Positions 39,231-41,762 of a DNA stretch of 41,762 nt are shown here, in pieces; positions within the stretch are counted from its first letter, which is position 1; each line of letters opens with the position of its first letter. The translations under genes were made by a program, and so were the position numbers. Origin of the DNA: Moraxellaceae bacterium (lineage in GTDB: Bacteria; Pseudomonadota; Gammaproteobacteria; Pseudomonadales; Moraxellaceae); assembly GCA_036275595.1 (NCBI GenBank), contig DASUDN010000017.1:1-41762 (forward strand), in the 5' to 3' direction. The notes below the pieces were generated by a model. It was not told where the DNA came from and did no database searches. It saw only the letters and a list, made by a program, of their open reading frames with translations.

Positions 39231-39838
39231 TTCCCCTTCCAGCGCGCCTGCAGGCGCGGCTTGTTCAGGGCCAGCCACTGCAGCGCGATGATGCAGGGGG
39301 CGTTGTTGATGCGGCCGCGCTGCAGGGCGGCCAGGGCCTGGTTCACGCTCATGACGTTGACGCGGATGTCCTCGCCCTCCTCGGCCAGCCCGTGGATGCC
39401 GCCGGCGGCGCCGAGGTCGGCGCGGGCCACGTACAGCGTCAGGACCTCGTCCGACCCGCCCGGGCTGGGCAGGAAATCCATGACCTTCTCCATGGCGCCC
39501 AGGCTGACGCCGGCCTCCTCGAGGGCCTCGCGCCGGGCCACATCCTCGGGCGCCTCGCCCGGCTCGACCAGGCCGGCCACGATCTCGAACTGCCAGGGGT
39601 GGGGAGTGTCCAGCGCCCCCACGCGGAACTGCTCGATGAGCAGCACCTCGTCGGCGTCGGCGTCATAGGCCAGCACCGCCACCGCATGCGGGCGCACGAA
39701 CATCTCGCGGGTGATCAGCGGCCCCATGCCGCCGGCGAACTGCCGGTGGCGCAGGTGCAGCTTGTCGACGCGGTAGAAGCCCTTGAACAGCACCTCGCGC
39801 TTCTCGACCACCACATCGTCTTTTGTAAAGTCGCTCAC
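39227..39838 (-). CDS. nudF: ADP-ribose pyrophosphatase (Nudix hydrolase NudF)
   Basis: Nudix box GLVEPGEAPEDVARREALEEAG, an N-terminal dimerisation region (FKGFYRVDKLHLRHRQF), and PSPGGS. The GTG start at 39838 overlaps the upstream stop (GTGA). The track's long Arg-rich N-terminus is an artefact. Confidence 0.88.
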   Translation of the reverse strand: MSDFTKDDVVVEKREVLFKGFYRVDKLHLRHRQFAGGMGPLITREMFVRPHAVAVLAYDADADEVLLIEQFRVGALDTPHPWQFEIVAGLVEPGEAPEDVARREALEEAGVSLGAMEKVMDFLPSPGGSDEVLTLYVARADLGAAGGIHGLAEEGEDIRVNVMSVNQALAALQRGRINNAPCIIALQWLALNKPRLQARWKGK

Positions 39839-40464
39839 AACGCTTCCACCCACTGGCGACGGACATTCATGTCCTCGTCGCTGAAACCGTTCCAGATCAT
39901 GTCCTCGTATACCACGACCGGGACCCCGGGCAGGCCGATCACGTCGTACTGCCGCTTCGCTTCCGCGTCGCGCTCGATGTCGAGGTCGCGGAAGGCCATG
40001 CCCTGCGCCTTGAACCAGGCGCGCGCGGCGGCGCAGTAGCCGCACCAGTCGGTGCCGTAGAGCACCGGGATCCGCGCCTCGCCCTCGCGATAGACGCCGG
40101 CGCGGGCGAGCAGTTCGCGGTTGGGGCCGCGCTCGACATACCAGTTGCGCAGGATCTCCTCGCTGAAGACCTGCATGCGCCGCGGCCCGTCGATGATCAG
40201 GGGCAGGCGGCCGCCCGTGGCCTCCATTTCGTCGCGCGCCTCCGCGTCGCTCTCGATCGCGCGGCGCGCGACCGGCACGCCGGCGCCCTCGATCAGGTCC
40301 GCCGCCTGCTCGCAGGGGGCGCAGTCCGCGGCGGTGATGACCTGCACCCCGGCCGGGGCGGGCACTCCCACGACCTGGCTGCGCCACCAGCGCCGCACGT
40401 CGGCCTGGTGCTGCCAGCCCCAGGCCGCGCCCATCACGGCGAGCAGCAGCAGCCAGCGGGCCAT
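39835..40464 (-). CDS. Signal-peptide/anchor-bearing protein with two glutaredoxin-like domains
   Basis: MARWLLLLAVMGAAWGW is a hydrophobic N-terminus. Domain 1 carries CAPC (40312-40323). Domain 2 has the classic Grx-like pattern VLYGTDWCGYCAAARAWF...GVPVVV, with CGYC at 40033-40044. ATG at 40464, 7 nt after the thiC stop. Confidence 0.75.
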   Translation of the reverse strand: MARWLLLLAVMGAAWGWQHQADVRRWWRSQVVGVPAPAGVQVITAADCAPCEQAADLIEGAGVPVARRAIESDAEARDEMEATGGRLPLIIDGPRRMQVFSEEILRNWYVERGPNRELLARAGVYREGEARIPVLYGTDWCGYCAAARAWFKAQGMAFRDLDIERDAEAKRQYDVIGLPGVPVVVYEDMIWNGFSDEDMNVRRQWVEAL

Positions 40465-40471
40465 GGCCGGC

Positions 40472-41762
<1,291 letters not shown>

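Overview
The window is a visibly GC-rich stretch of core gammaproteobacterial chromosome (third codon positions are almost all G/C). Gene content and order closely follow what I recall from Pseudomonas-type genomes. I call 38 protein-coding genes.

Gene order, left to right:
- pilQPONM (minus strand; pilQ is cut by the left edge), divergent from mrcA (PBP1A)
- rpmE (minus strand)
- priA, argS, a SPOR/FtsN-like gene, hslV, hslU, a DUF971 gene and a 270-aa hypothetical
- ubiE, ubiJ, ubiB, hisI, hisE, tatA, tatB, tatC
- dtd and pip (minus strand)
- a rhodanese gene, psd, a YeiE-like LysR regulator, a 603-aa PilZ-like (FimW-like) gene and a FimX-like gene
- serB (minus strand), divergent from a YtjB/Smp-like gene
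- a long minus-strand array: thiC (cut by the right edge), tandem glutaredoxin-like gene, nudF, DUF1249, cpdA, yqiA, parE, parC

Non-coding features: all four convergent gene junctions carry clean bidirectional intrinsic terminators. A good sigma-32 promoter precedes hslVU. I see no rRNA, tRNA, CRISPR array, transposase, integrase, phage gene or recognisable defence genes.

I did not find a convincing novel multi-gene system. The most interesting material is the 25.1-32.9 kb neighbourhood, which seems to hold only catalytically degenerate second-messenger domains:
- a PilZ-like C-terminus on the 603-aa protein
- a FimX-like protein with a pseudo-receiver and SDSSF / EVF in place of GGDEF / EAL
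- a YtjB-like membrane protein with an unexpected C-terminal extension whose pattern resembles a dead nucleotidyl-cyclase/GGDEF palm domain

Other points worth a second look are three tandem 26-nt repeats after the YtjB-like gene, an exported tandem glutaredoxin-like protein, and an ATC-N9-GAT palindrome over the LysR start codon. All homology calls rest on reading the translations by eye and on remembered synteny. No database search was possible.
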